64,000 nucleotides of DNA, from positions 51,950 through 115,949 of IMG/VR virus record IMGVR_UViG_3300015371_000004; one strand, given 5' to 3'. The stretch comes from a virus. Below are positions 1-9,342 of this stretch, piece by piece (within the stretch, counting starts at the first letter, position 1; every line of letters begins with the position of its first letter). A program made the translations under genes and the position numbers. The notes beneath the pieces are model-generated. The model was not told the origin of the DNA and made no database searches. It worked only from the letters and a program-made list of their open reading frames with translations.

Positions 1-139
1 TGAGACGATGAGTTGAGGTTCGGTAAGGCCCGGGGGTCGCCTGCGGGGGCTCCCGGTGGACTCTCCCCCTGAATCCCCGCCAACTGGCCTTCCTTGAGAC
101 AGGCCGCCGAGAACGCCCGGCGGCCCCTGCCGTATCTAG

Positions 140-168
140 GGAACCTTTTTGCCGTATAATACGTCTAA
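140..168 (+). promoter_or_regulatory. ECF-sigma-type promoter GGAAC-N17-CGTCTAA
   Basis: GGAAC at 140-144 and CGTCTAA at 162-168, followed by GGAGG RBS and ATG 187; same architecture at four other sites. Confidence 0.75.
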
Positions 169-186
169 ATAGGTGGAGGGTTCCTG

Positions 187-546
187 ATGAAGATGCTGAC
201 GAAGGAACTGGCAAGCACGATTCCCCCGCTCTACACCAACGAGAACGTCACGGACCCCATGGTGGTCGCCAAGTACTTCACCCCATGGTCGAACTGGACG
301 TGGTACGTCACCGAGGGTGGCGCCCGCGTCGGCGAGAACGAGAACACGGTCCCGCTGAGCGAGGTCGCGAACCTCGACGCGGCCGACGTGCTCTTCTTCG
401 GCTACGTCGAGGGCCTTGAGAACGAGCTGGGCTACTTCAGCCTGAACGAGCTGAAGTCGGTGAGAGGCCCGATCGGCCTGAAGATCGAGCGCGACCTCTA
501 CTTCACCCCGGCGCCGCTTTCAACTTTCAAGAAGGAGCGCACATGA
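187..546 (+). CDS. DUF2958-like protein
   Basis: KYFTPWSNWTWYVTE...FFGYVEGLENELGYFSLNEL...IERDLYF pattern typical of DUF2958; RBS present. Confidence 0.75.
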   Translation: MKMLTKELASTIPPLYTNENVTDPMVVAKYFTPWSNWTWYVTEGGARVGENENTVPLSEVANLDAADVLFFGYVEGLENELGYFSLNELKSVRGPIGLKIERDLYFTPAPLSTFKKERT

Positions 547-677
547 CCGTCTACGTCGTCAGCAACGATCTCAACGCGGTCGCGGTGTTCTCGACGTTCG
601 AGGCCGCCTCGCGATACGCAGAGCCCCGCGGGCTGCAAATCACGATCTTCGAGGTCGACGAGAAGGAGCGCACATGA
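530..677 (+). repeat. 17-bp direct repeat AGAAGGAGCGCACATGA at 530-546 and 661-677
   Basis: identical copies at consecutive gene junctions. Confidence 0.9.
543..677 (+). CDS. small hypothetical protein (44 aa, MTVYVVSNDL...EKERT)
   Basis: AAGGAG RBS and ATGA overlaps at both ends; below ORF-track cutoff, translated by hand. Confidence 0.6.
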   Translation: MTVYVVSNDLNAVAVFSTFEAASRYAEPRGLQITIFEVDEKERT

Positions 678-883
678 GAATCTACACGTCAGCCAATGAC
701 CCGCTCGACTTCTGCAAGCGCCACACCCCGTCCGAAAAGACCGCGGAGAAGCGGTACGGCAACGTCGGGGATGGCCCGGATGGCCGCGGCAATTGCTTCG
801 CCTACGACGCCGAGCACCCCGACTATGATGGCGAGCACAAGTGCCGGTCGTGCGGGCGCGTGCTCGATGAGACTGACAGCTAG
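674..883 (+). CDS. small Cys/His-rich hypothetical protein
   Basis: RBS and ATGA coupling; CxxC near C-terminus. Confidence 0.6.
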   Translation: MRIYTSANDPLDFCKRHTPSEKTAEKRYGNVGDGPDGRGNCFAYDAEHPDYDGEHKCRSCGRVLDETDS

Positions 884-1047
884 TTGTCGGGCGGGAAGTC
901 CGGCGAGACCTTGACCCAGCCCTGCTGACCCAGCTTCTGATCGCGCCACTCGCGCAGCGTCACCGTCTTGGTCTCACCCGTCTCCGGGTTCTGGGCTTCG
1001 TACGACTGTTCTTTCTCGTCGGTCGGTTCCTTCGCAGGATCGGGCAT
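880..1047 (-). CDS. small hypothetical protein (55 aa, MPDPAKEPTDEK...)
   Basis: GGAGG RBS; ATG overlaps stop of zeta-toxin-like gene; hand translation. Confidence 0.55.
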   Translation of the reverse strand: MPDPAKEPTDEKEQSYEAQNPETGETKTVTLREWRDQKLGQQGWVKVSPDFPPDN

Positions 1048-2162
1048 CAGATTCCTCCGCTGGAGAGCATACTGCCCCGGCGCTGAAAACGCCGCTGGAA
1101 ATTTTCGGCGTAGCGCTGGGCCGCCACGACTTCTCGATACGACCCGGGCTCGTCCGCCCGCCAGTACACCTCGTCGAGCGCCGTGAACCCCCAGACGTGC
1201 GGCGGCGCGACCTCGGTCAGCTTCCCGTGCCGGTTGAGCACGGTCGCCTTGGCGCCGCGGTTGTCGACGACGACGTACGCGTCGAACAGGTGCTTGACCT
1301 TCTCGAACGTCCGCCGCGGGCGCGTCCCGTACTGCTTGTCGTAGTTGGATTTGATGTAGCCGATCGGCACGTACCGGCCCTTGCCGGTCTCGGCCCGCTG
1401 CTTCATGTAGCGCTGGAGCGACCGGGAGACGGACGTGTTGATGTCGACGTCGGTGAAGCGCGCCTCCACCCGGTAGCCTGCCTGCTTGAGCGACTTGATC
1501 CGGCCCATGGCGCCGCCGCCGTAGCGCGCGGTCTCATAGTCGACGCCGCCCAGATCCTTCATGGTCGAATCGAGCACCATGTTGTACTTGTTCGCCCGGC
1601 CGATCTCGATCAGCCGATCGACGATGTCGTTCGACTCGTCGTGGAGGACGCTGGCGTTGCTGCCCGTCCACTCGGGGAAAAGCGTCTTGATGTCGTCGGA
1701 ATTGATGGCCAGCTTGTTCGAGTAGTCGAGGCCCGCCGCGGCCGTCGTCTTCCCCGAGGCCGTCATCCCGGACATCATCACGGCCACCGGATGCTGCTGG
1801 GGTTCGAGGGGGTTGGTGCGCGGCTTCCAGCCTGCCTTGGTGACCTCGTGGGTCAGCACCTTCTGAATGATCTCGTCGTGGAGCTTCTGGCGCTCGGTCG
1901 TGTACTCACCGGTCTTCTCGTCGAAGTACTTCGACTTGGTCCCGCGAGGGCCCCACTCGGCGAGCATCTTCCGGTTGGCCAGCTCGGCCTGCGCGATCTC
2001 CTTGGCGTACTTGGTCTCTTCCGGCGTGTCGGCGCTCTTGCGGACCTGCGCTTCGAGGTCGGTCGCGTGGCCCGGCTCGCAGTCGCCGACGCCTTTGTCG
2101 GCAAACTTCCCATCACGTGGATCGTGACAGGGGTTGAATTCGCTGAGGGGAACGAGGTGCAT
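1047..2162 (-). CDS. zeta-toxin-family P-loop kinase with N-terminal peptide tag
   Basis: VMMSGMTASGKTT Walker A, INSDDIK, LHDES, MVLDST, GYRVEA, RYVP motifs. Confidence 0.8.
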   Translation of the reverse strand: MHLVPLSEFNPCHDPRDGKFADKGVGDCEPGHATDLEAQVRKSADTPEETKYAKEIAQAELANRKMLAEWGPRGTKSKYFDEKTGEYTTERQKLHDEIIQKVLTHEVTKAGWKPRTNPLEPQQHPVAVMMSGMTASGKTTAAAGLDYSNKLAINSDDIKTLFPEWTGSNASVLHDESNDIVDRLIEIGRANKYNMVLDSTMKDLGGVDYETARYGGGAMGRIKSLKQAGYRVEARFTDVDINTSVSRSLQRYMKQRAETGKGRYVPIGYIKSNYDKQYGTRPRRTFEKVKHLFDAYVVVDNRGAKATVLNRHGKLTEVAPPHVWGFTALDEVYWRADEPGSYREVVAAQRYAENFQRRFQRRGSMLSSGGI

Positions 2163-2166
2163 CTCG

Positions 2167-3231
2167 TCAGGGGTTCCAGCGGAACACGGCCGGATTTTTT
2201 CGGAACTCCGCTCGACGGCGCTGCTCTTTCCGCACCTTCGATGGCACCGCAGCCCACCGCTTGGCCTGCTCAGGCGTATCGAACTTCTTCAGCACACCAT
2301 CCGCGTCTCTGACCTCCCACGGCCGTCTGGGCACGGGTGCCCACTGCAGCATCAGGCCGCCATTGTCTAGGCTGGGCAATCCGTCAAACCGACCAAAGCG
2401 CTCACGCGGCAGGTCCGTCCGCTCCGGCTCCTCACGTGGCTGCTTCCGTCGGCGCCTGAAGTTCTCGCGCGGCAGGTCAGTACGCGCTCCGGGGTCTGGG
2501 TTCATCAACGCCCGGGACAAGCGAGCCTTCGGCTGGTCAGGCTTCACGATCTCCGCCCTCGCATAGTCGCTATCGTTGATCGACGCGAACCTGACGATGA
2601 ACCCGGGCCGGTCGTACTTGCTGGCCTTCCGAATCGCGACGTCGTGGCCCGTCTGATTGGCACGTGCACGCGCCGCGGATGCCGCGTCATGGTAGCTGTC
2701 GAAATGTTCCCTCCCGGGCTGGTCGCCCCCACCCGTCGAGCAGAACTGCCCACCATCCGGCGACCCACCCGGCTTGTGGCAATCGTTGGCCTCGGCTACC
2801 TTCGCGGCGCCCGGGGCGACGACGGACATGAACGGATCCTTCTTCACGACGTCGATCGCCTGCTGCCGGACCTGCGTGAGCGCCGCCAGCCGCACCGACT
2901 CCTCGTTCCGGCCATGCATGACCCGGAGCGCCTGCAGCCGGTCCAGCTCCCGGCGCTGGGTGGCCACGAGGTCGTCCACGTTCATGCGGCCACTCTTGAC
3001 CAGATCGACGATGTCCCGGACGGCCGAATCAATGGGGCCCGGCTCGCGCCGTTCGAGGAGGGCCGTCCTCTTCTGGGCCTCCCGGTCCATGGCACAGCGA
3101 GCCATCGCCAAGGCGGCCGAGCCCGAGGGCCGCTTCTCCCGGCAGGGGCGGTCATCGGCCTGCTTCTGCAGCCACGAGTTCGAGGCGGCCGTGTTCGAGC
3201 CTTTGAGTGCTGCGACGTGGATGCGGCTCAT
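2167..3231 (-). CDS. hypothetical protein with internal EANDCH...GGQF tag
   Basis: long ORF; start moved to ATG 3231, 7 nt downstream of GGGGTAATAC. Confidence 0.7.
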   Translation of the reverse strand: MSRIHVAALKGSNTAASNSWLQKQADDRPCREKRPSGSAALAMARCAMDREAQKRTALLERREPGPIDSAVRDIVDLVKSGRMNVDDLVATQRRELDRLQALRVMHGRNEESVRLAALTQVRQQAIDVVKKDPFMSVVAPGAAKVAEANDCHKPGGSPDGGQFCSTGGGDQPGREHFDSYHDAASAARARANQTGHDVAIRKASKYDRPGFIVRFASINDSDYARAEIVKPDQPKARLSRALMNPDPGARTDLPRENFRRRRKQPREEPERTDLPRERFGRFDGLPSLDNGGLMLQWAPVPRRPWEVRDADGVLKKFDTPEQAKRWAAVPSKVRKEQRRRAEFRKNPAVFRWNP

Positions 3232-3247
3232 GTTTGGTGTATTACCC

Positions 3248-3775
3248 CTAGTCCGAGGGCCACGGGGCACGCTCAAGTTCGTATTCTTCCCGGTCTCGCT
3301 CCAGACGCGACCGATGGATCCCCCGCCGATAGCTGGCTTTCGTCTTCCCGCTCCAGCGCCGATTCCGGTGTTCCGCGCGCGCCTGTTGGCGGTACTTGTC
3401 GAGCAGGTCCTTGCTCATCGGCTTCTCAGGCGTGCCGCGAGCCATCGCGTCCAGCGCTTCTGGAGACATCCCTTTGAGGGCCCTAATTCCATGCCGCTGA
3501 AGCGCGGCCAGCTGGGCCTTCAGGTCCGCGTAGATTTCCTGCTGATTTTGCTGCTTGCGCGCGGCCTGCCGCGCCATCTTCTCAGCCCTCCGCTGCTGAT
3601 GGGCAGCGCCGCGCTGCTGGCGCGCCGCGCGCGCCCGGTCCACCGCGCTCATCCCGGTCGACGCGCAGAACTGCCCGCCGCCCGGCCCGGACGGATTATG
3701 GCAGGGGTTGGCTTCGCTGAACGGACGTCCCTCGCTGGCGGGCCATAGTTCCCACATACTCATCCCTCTCGACAA
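3248..3775 (-). CDS. basic hypothetical protein with N-terminal EANPCH...GGQF tag
   Basis: ORF directly after terminase; Arg/Lys-rich. Confidence 0.7.
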   Translation of the reverse strand: MSRGMSMWELWPASEGRPFSEANPCHNPSGPGGGQFCASTGMSAVDRARAARQQRGAAHQQRRAEKMARQAARKQQNQQEIYADLKAQLAALQRHGIRALKGMSPEALDAMARGTPEKPMSKDLLDKYRQQARAEHRNRRWSGKTKASYRRGIHRSRLERDREEYELERAPWPSD

Positions 3776-3777
3776 GC

Positions 3778-4656
3778 TCAGTACGTCTCCCCCGGAGGTG
3801 GGGGGTCGAGCGGCCGATGCCGAATTCGCACCCCACGCCGCTTCACGTCGTCCACCCGCTGGCAGACGAAGTCAGTCGTGTCCCGGATGGTCGAGGTCAC
3901 GAGGAGCTTGTAGGCCCCCGGAAACCGCGTCGTCAGGGACTTCATCAAGCCCGTGTGGATCCCCGGCGCCAAGTCCGTCTCGCCCGCCAGCATGAAGGCG
4001 GCCTCGTCCATGACCCCCATCATCGTGTGATACCCAAAGACGGCCGTCGAGATACTCGACACCGAGAGCCCATAGATCCGCTTGGGGAAGCGGGCCTTGC
4101 GCGCCCCCGCCTTGAATCCCCGGCCGACAAACCATGGCGAGTGCTCGACGCGCGCCTTGAACTCGGTGAAGACGACGTCCGAGGCCTGATCCTTCGAGGA
4201 CGAAGCGTTCAAGACCGCAATGCGCGAATTCGGGCCCAGCATGTAGAAGAGGTCCGCCCGCCTGAGGCAGACGAGCTTGTAGATCGTCCGGGCCATGGCG
4301 CAGCCCGCGATGAAGCCCTTGCCAGAGCCCGAGCCCGCCAAGATGTCGACCTCCCGGACCTGCGGCAGGTCGAAGTAGATCATCAGGTCGACCTTGTCCT
4401 GATTGACCAGCCCTTTGAGGTTCAGGTACTTGGCGCCGAGCATGAACTCCTCGACGTCGACCGGGATCTCGTCGTAGATGAGTTCGTAGACGGCTTCGAG
4501 GCCGGAGAGGTCCCCGGCCTGCGCGCGCTTGAGCAGCCGGTAGATCGCGGTGCGATCCGAGGGCGTCAGCCGCCGGATCTCGTCGAAGGCGTCGAAGCGC
4601 TCCTCTTCAGTCGCGTCCGGCGGGAGAGTCGGGGTCGGATTGAGGGATCTTGGCAT
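3778..4656 (-). CDS. terminase large subunit, ATPase domain only
   Basis: IPVDVEEF..KYLNL N-terminus, AGSGSGKG Walker A, SKDQASDVVF, VMDEAAF Walker B, LLVTST motif III; no nuclease domain. Confidence 0.7.
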   Translation of the reverse strand: MPRSLNPTPTLPPDATEEERFDAFDEIRRLTPSDRTAIYRLLKRAQAGDLSGLEAVYELIYDEIPVDVEEFMLGAKYLNLKGLVNQDKVDLMIYFDLPQVREVDILAGSGSGKGFIAGCAMARTIYKLVCLRRADLFYMLGPNSRIAVLNASSSKDQASDVVFTEFKARVEHSPWFVGRGFKAGARKARFPKRIYGLSVSSISTAVFGYHTMMGVMDEAAFMLAGETDLAPGIHTGLMKSLTTRFPGAYKLLVTSTIRDTTDFVCQRVDDVKRRGVRIRHRPLDPPPPGETY

Positions 4657-5080
4657 CGGCCTGCGTGCGGGTGAACATCTCGATCACAGCCCGGGCACCC
4701 TGCACGGAGACCCCGGCTTCCTGCAGCTTCTCGGCCGCCGTCCGCGCGCGCTCGGCCTCAGCCTGATCCACGTCCTCGTCGAAGTCGACGTTCTTGGCCA
4801 TGCGCGAGAGGAGCGACATCTCGTTGTAGATTTTCGGGTCGACCTTGCCTTCGGCCCGCTCTCTGAGCACCATCACGGCCACCCGCCACCGCTGCACGTT
4901 GAAGGTCAGCCACGGGATCTTGGCAGGCGCGCCGGTCGTCAAGAGACCGAGCGCCTTGTCCATCTCGGCTTCGGCCTCCTGCAGCTTGCGCGACCCCTCC
5001 TCGTCAGAGGGTGGCGTAAGCGCCGACTCGTTCGCGTGCGGGAGATCCCGCTCGACGACGGTCGCAATGGACTCGCTCAT
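4607..5080 (-). CDS. hypothetical helical protein, possible terminase small subunit
   Basis: position immediately upstream of TerL ATPase; function inferred from synteny only. Confidence 0.45.
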   Translation of the reverse strand: MSESIATVVERDLPHANESALTPPSDEEGSRKLQEAEAEMDKALGLLTTGAPAKIPWLTFNVQRWRVAVMVLRERAEGKVDPKIYNEMSLLSRMAKNVDFDEDVDQAEAERARTAAEKLQEAGVSVQGARAVIEMFTRTQADAKIPQSDPDSPAGRD

Positions 5081-5639
5081 GTTTGGGTACCGGAACTTCG
5101 CACAAAATGGATCGGTGGGTCAACAGCCGCGCCAGCATCTCGGCGTAGCGCTTGGCGATCCGGCTCTCACTGGCGGCAAAGTACGTGGCGGCCTGCGCCA
5201 GATGCTGCCGGACCCGTGGCGACGGCAGCCCGACCCGCTTGGCCGTCTCGGCCTGCGAGGACGTCTGCGAGAACTCCGCCAGAATCTGGGGCATGTGCTC
5301 GGGCGCATCCGGCCAGACCCGGCCCAGATCTCGCCGGACCTCCCAGATCATGAGTCTCGGATGGTCAAGGAGAAACGCTAGCCGCTCGCAGGCGCGCTGC
5401 ATGCGATGGCTGACGGCTTGCTGGGTGAGGTGCAGGGCCTCCCCAATTTGGTCCTGATTTTTTCCGGCGAAGAAATGCAGCTCGATGACGTCACGCTCGA
5501 CTGGCGGGATGGTCTTGAGCAGGCGGCGGACTTGGAGGAGGCGCTCCGGGTTGTGCTCGTCGGCAGGCCGCACAAACTCGATCCATGACCGCAGGTGGAA
5601 GGTCTCGGGATCGATGTCGGTGAGGCTCAGCTCGCGCAT
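5004..5639 (-). CDS. sigma-70 region-4-like HTH protein with a second HTH
   Basis: IPPVERDVIELHFFAGKNQDQIGEALHLTQQAVSHRMQRACERL, plus SQAETAKRVGLPSPRVRQHL. Confidence 0.7.
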   Translation of the reverse strand: MRELSLTDIDPETFHLRSWIEFVRPADEHNPERLLQVRRLLKTIPPVERDVIELHFFAGKNQDQIGEALHLTQQAVSHRMQRACERLAFLLDHPRLMIWEVRRDLGRVWPDAPEHMPQILAEFSQTSSQAETAKRVGLPSPRVRQHLAQAATYFAASESRIAKRYAEMLARLLTHRSILCEVPVPKHERVHCDRRRAGSPARERVGAYATL

Positions 5640-5643
5640 CGGC

Positions 5644-5838
5644 TCACTGAATCGGGAGATGCTGGAGGAGCCACCACCCGTTTTCGGGTAGCTCGGGATG
5701 CTGCTTGAGGTGACGCTCAAGAAGATAGAAGCCAAGGTTCTTGGCCGCGCAGGGCGTTTCCCCTATCGTCTCGAACATCAGCTGCTGTCCCGTCCCCTCC
5801 GTGAAGATCGTTTGGTACTTCCGGACCGGTCGACTCAC
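5644..5838 (-). CDS. hypothetical protein
   Basis: fills gap between NusG-like and sigma-4-like genes with GTGA overlap. Confidence 0.5.
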   Translation of the reverse strand: MSRPVRKYQTIFTEGTGQQLMFETIGETPCAAKNLGFYLLERHLKQHPELPENGWWLLQHLPIQ

Positions 5839-6329
5839 ACCCGCTCCAGCTCGTACAACGCCGCTCGTACCGAGATGTGCCTAGAGTGTAACCGAATTTG
5901 GACATCGGCACGATTTTGCCGTTTGTCGACCCGCTGCACCTTCCCGGTCATGCCCGTCCATGCCCCCAAGAGGAGGCGCACTTTCGAGCCCCGCCGGAGG
6001 AGCCGCGGACGCACCGACCGCCGGACGTCCTTCATCTGGGTCGGCGACAGCCGTTCGAAGGCCTGCCCGTCCGAGGTTCGTACAAGTTTGTCCACAAAAC
6101 GCGACCGCTCGACGCGCTGCACGTGCGCGTCCGGGCTCACCTCAAGGAAGGCGTAGCCCCCGTAGGCGTGGGCCCATGCGATGGTACCGGTGCAAGTTTC
6201 CGCAGGAAAGAAGACGCGAACGCCCGGCAGGTACCGGGCGAAGTCTCTCTGGATGTCAGCCGTGGGGACGTCGGACACCGTGTCCGCCAGCATTGCAATC
6301 ACCCACTCGCTGGCCGCACGCTTTGCCAC
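5835..6329 (-). CDS. nusG: NusG-family transcription factor (NGN + KOW)
   Basis: VFFP...YGGYAFLE NGN-like region; GSKVRLLLGAWTGMTGKVQRVD KOW motif. Confidence 0.75.
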   Translation of the reverse strand: MAKRAASEWVIAMLADTVSDVPTADIQRDFARYLPGVRVFFPAETCTGTIAWAHAYGGYAFLEVSPDAHVQRVERSRFVDKLVRTSDGQAFERLSPTQMKDVRRSVRPRLLRRGSKVRLLLGAWTGMTGKVQRVDKRQNRADVQIRLHSRHISVRAALYELERV

Positions 6330-6356
6330 TCTGAGGCGAGGACTTTACCACAACCG

Positions 6357-7079
6357 CTAGTGGGTCCCCTGCACAACATGCCTACTCAGAAGGTCAGTCA
6401 GGACGTTCGTCTGCCCGATTTGCAGCAGGGCGCCTGCATCTTTGGCGGGATACACCGGGGCGGATACCACGAACCCCTCGAAGGTTCCCATCTGCTGGAG
6501 CTTGAAGGCCGCGGCCCGACCGGGGAGGTCCGTGTCGAGGAGCGCCACCACCAGCTTGGCGTACCGACCAAGGAAGCGCCGCATGGGTCCCGCCACATTG
6601 GCGGTCAGGTTGGCGATCACGTCCGGCGCGCCCGCCGCGCGCACCCCGAAGTAGTCGAAGACGCCCTCCACCAAGACGACGCGCTGGCTCAGCCAGACAG
6701 CCGGGAGGGCTTCGTGCATGCCGAAGGCCCGCGGGTGGGCGCGGCTGACTTGGAAATCCGAATAGGCGTTCTGGCCTGCTTCGAGCTGGTCCGGAAGGAG
6801 CCTGACCTGAAACCCCGTCACACTGCCCATCGGATCCTTCAAGGGGAAGACGAGCCCGCCCCAGACCGGCCAGTGCTTGGTGGCCCACCCCAGAAAGGCC
6901 TTCGTGCCCACCGTGATCGGAGACAGGACCCCCACGTCATGGGCGGCAGCCACCTCCAGCGGGACCCCGCGCCCTTCGAGATAGGCGCGCGCGGCGCTCG
7001 CGTCGGGCGCCGACTGCAGGGCGTCAGAGGACCGTTTGACTAGCTCGCGGGTCCACGGACTTGAAGACGGTTCCGCCAT
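6357..7079 (-). CDS. DnaG-like primase catalytic/TOPRIM core lacking Zn finger
   Basis: ARAYLEGRG, LVFPLKDPMGSVTGFQVR, VLVEGVFD, LDTDLPG..AA, KDAG. Confidence 0.8.
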   Translation of the reverse strand: MAEPSSSPWTRELVKRSSDALQSAPDASAARAYLEGRGVPLEVAAAHDVGVLSPITVGTKAFLGWATKHWPVWGGLVFPLKDPMGSVTGFQVRLLPDQLEAGQNAYSDFQVSRAHPRAFGMHEALPAVWLSQRVVLVEGVFDYFGVRAAGAPDVIANLTANVAGPMRRFLGRYAKLVVALLDTDLPGRAAAFKLQQMGTFEGFVVSAPVYPAKDAGALLQIGQTNVLTDLLSRHVVQGTH

Positions 7080-7683
7080 GCAGGGACTCCTCGGCTTGGT
7101 AGGCCCGGTCAGCGTGGGCCAAAAATTCAGGGAGCTGGGTGACCATCAGGATCTGGAGCTTGAGCGACCGGCTCAGATCCTTGAGGAGCGCCCCGACACG
7201 GGAGAGGTAGCTGCCGTCCATCGAGACCATCGAGAACGGCTCGTCGAGCAGGATGAGCGGGGCCAGCCCCATCCGGCTGACCACGACCACCCGGAGAATG
7301 AAGGCCACCACAGACGCCGGGCCACCGCCGAAGGCATCGACGATCGGCTCGTCCACGTCTTCATGCCCGGGGCGATGGTGCACCAGATGCGGCTCCAGCC
7401 ACGGCTGGCGGAACTTCGTCTGGATGTCGAACCGGAACGTGAGGTCCTGATCGGGGAAGACGGTCTTCAGTCCGTAGGTGACCAGCCGCTCGACCTTGCC
7501 GACCGACTCGGCGCTCATGGTCTGGAGCAGCTTGTCGAGCGTGGCCTGCGTGACGGTCAGGAGCGTCGACTCCTGCTCGCCGCGGTCAACTTCGGCGGTG
7601 AGGGACGCGACGCGCTGCTGCTGTCCGCCGACGAGGCCGACGAGCCGTTCGGTTTGCTGGACGAGTTCGGGTAGGGTTTGCAT
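7024..7683 (-). CDS. SbcC/Rad50-like C-terminal half (signature + Walker B)
   Basis: coiled coil, FGGG signature, LILLDEPF, ILMVTQ. Confidence 0.8.
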   Translation of the reverse strand: MQTLPELVQQTERLVGLVGGQQQRVASLTAEVDRGEQESTLLTVTQATLDKLLQTMSAESVGKVERLVTYGLKTVFPDQDLTFRFDIQTKFRQPWLEPHLVHHRPGHEDVDEPIVDAFGGGPASVVAFILRVVVVSRMGLAPLILLDEPFSMVSMDGSYLSRVGALLKDLSRSLKLQILMVTQLPEFLAHADRAYQAEESLHGGTVFKSVDPRASQTVL

Positions 7684-8084
7684 CAGGGATGAACCTTGCA
7701 AGCGTCACGAGCGCAGTTTTGAAAAGAGGGTCCGTACTCGGCCGCGGATAGATATTTTCCGAGAGGTCAATCCGGCCGTTACACCAGAGCACGCGGTAGC
7801 GCGTACTTCGGACCTCCAACACAATGCCGCGGCTCTCAAACGGCAGCCATGGCCACCCGCGTGACACGACGTCCCCAACTTTGATGTGTCGGTCCTCGAC
7901 CGGCCGCGGATCGCTGGCGGCACTTTTCTTCATGGCTTTTTCTCGGCTAGCTGCTTCAGCGCCAGATCGCACAGCTCGACGAGGACCTTCAGGTCGACGC
8001 CCACCACCGCGCGCGGATGATTGACGACGCACGTCTTCGCGGTCTCGAAGATCCGCTTCAGCGCCTCAATGTCCGGCGCGGCAA

Positions 8085-8369
8085 TCACGCCAGCGCCTCG
8101 TTCGTGATCCGAATGACGTCGCTGCAGCCCGCAATTTCTTTCTTGATCGCGGCGTGCAGCTCGGCGACCGCCTTGTCCAGCTGGGCTTCAAGCGCCTTCA
8201 GCTCGACGTCGGCCTTGTCCGGCTCAACCCCCAGCGCGCGGATCTCCTGCTCGGTCTGCTCCAGCCGGGTCTTGGCCAGCGCCAGATTGGCCTCGGCCTT
8301 CGCGCGCAGCGTCCGCGCCTGACTCTCCAGCTCCCGCAGCTCGACAACTTTTTTGTAGGTCTGATCCAT
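8085..8369 (-). CDS. small coiled-coil protein
   Basis: heptad pattern; preceded by GGGGTATCAC. Confidence 0.65.
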   Translation of the reverse strand: MDQTYKKVVELRELESQARTLRAKAEANLALAKTRLEQTEQEIRALGVEPDKADVELKALEAQLDKAVAELHAAIKKEIAGCSDVIRITNEALA

Positions 8370-8392
8370 GGCGTCTCAGTGATACCCCAACC

Positions 8393-9151
8393 TCACAGCG
8401 ACACAGGCCCGCCGCCCGCCGGGACCTCCGGCAACATGGCCTGCTTGTTCCGGATCGAGACCCGGTAGGCCTCGCACTGCAGCGTGAACGGGCAGTACCG
8501 GCAATGGCTCCCGACCTTCGGAGACGTCAGGCCCGCCTTGAAGTCGAGCATCGTGCGATCGAGTGAGCGATCGAACGCCACGCGCTGGGCGGGCGTGAAC
8601 CGGATCCACGTGACCGTGCCCTTGCGGAAGCGCCACTGGCCCAAGTACGAAGGCTGATACGGCGTTCGCTCCAGCGCCGAGGCGTAGAACCAGAGCTGCT
8701 CCCGGTCGCCCTTGCCGGACTTACCATCGAGGAGTCGGTACCGGTTGTCGAGCCCCTTGACGAGCCAGTCCAGCCGTCCCTCGATCGACACGTCATGGAA
8801 GACCCGGCTGACTTGATACTCGACGAGTGCCGGGCCGACCAGCTGCTCCCGGCGCGCCGTCTCGACAATTTCAGGAATGAGATCGGTGACGACAACCACC
8901 TGACTCATGAGGTCGTTGGGCGTCTCCAGCGCGGCTCGCTGGAGCGCTGCGTACATTTTGGCGGTCGGGTTCGGTGTTTCCCACAGCCGCTCAGTGTAGA
9001 ACCGCTCCATGATCTTGTGCAGAAGCCGCCCACGCTCGCGGCCCTCGGACTGCACCTGCGGGATCTGCTCGGTCCGCCCCTCCCGCCGCCACGCCTGCTG
9101 CTGCGGGCAGCGCCGGAACGACGCGAACTCCGACCAGCCGACGCGTCTCAT
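8393..9151 (-). CDS. PD-(D/E)XK RecB/AddB/Cas4-like nuclease
   Basis: CPQQ, GRLLH, EGRLDWL, LDGKSG, QLWFYA, CRYCPFTLQC (4-Cys staple). Confidence 0.8.
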   Translation of the reverse strand: MRRVGWSEFASFRRCPQQQAWRREGRTEQIPQVQSEGRERGRLLHKIMERFYTERLWETPNPTAKMYAALQRAALETPNDLMSQVVVVTDLIPEIVETARREQLVGPALVEYQVSRVFHDVSIEGRLDWLVKGLDNRYRLLDGKSGKGDREQLWFYASALERTPYQPSYLGQWRFRKGTVTWIRFTPAQRVAFDRSLDRTMLDFKAGLTSPKVGSHCRYCPFTLQCEAYRVSIRNKQAMLPEVPAGGGPVSL

Positions 9152-9342
9152 TCCACTCCTCGACGCTTCAGCTCCTCGGTGATGATCTGGATCCGGGTCT
9201 CGCAGAACTCCACGTTCTCCGCGCGCGGGTCCGCGTCGCGGTCCAGCTTGAACGCCTCCCGCAGCTGCACGAGCCGATCATCAGGCCAGATCGGCGACCG
9301 GTAGAAGGCGCGCGCGTCGTCGTGGCTGCTCCGTGTTTTCAC
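9148..9342 (-). CDS. hypothetical protein
   Basis: overlapping start/stop with neighbours. Confidence 0.5.
   Translation of the reverse strand: MKTRSSHDDARAFYRSPIWPDDRLVQLREAFKLDRDADPRAENVEFCETRIQIITEELKRRGVE

Noticed and set aside
28-126. GC-rich hairpins at the window start
   Set aside because: No U-tract or recognisable RNA motif, and upstream context is missing
8393-9151. Cas4-like nuclease as a CRISPR component
   Set aside because: No repeat-spacer array or other cas genes seen; it sits in a recombination operon
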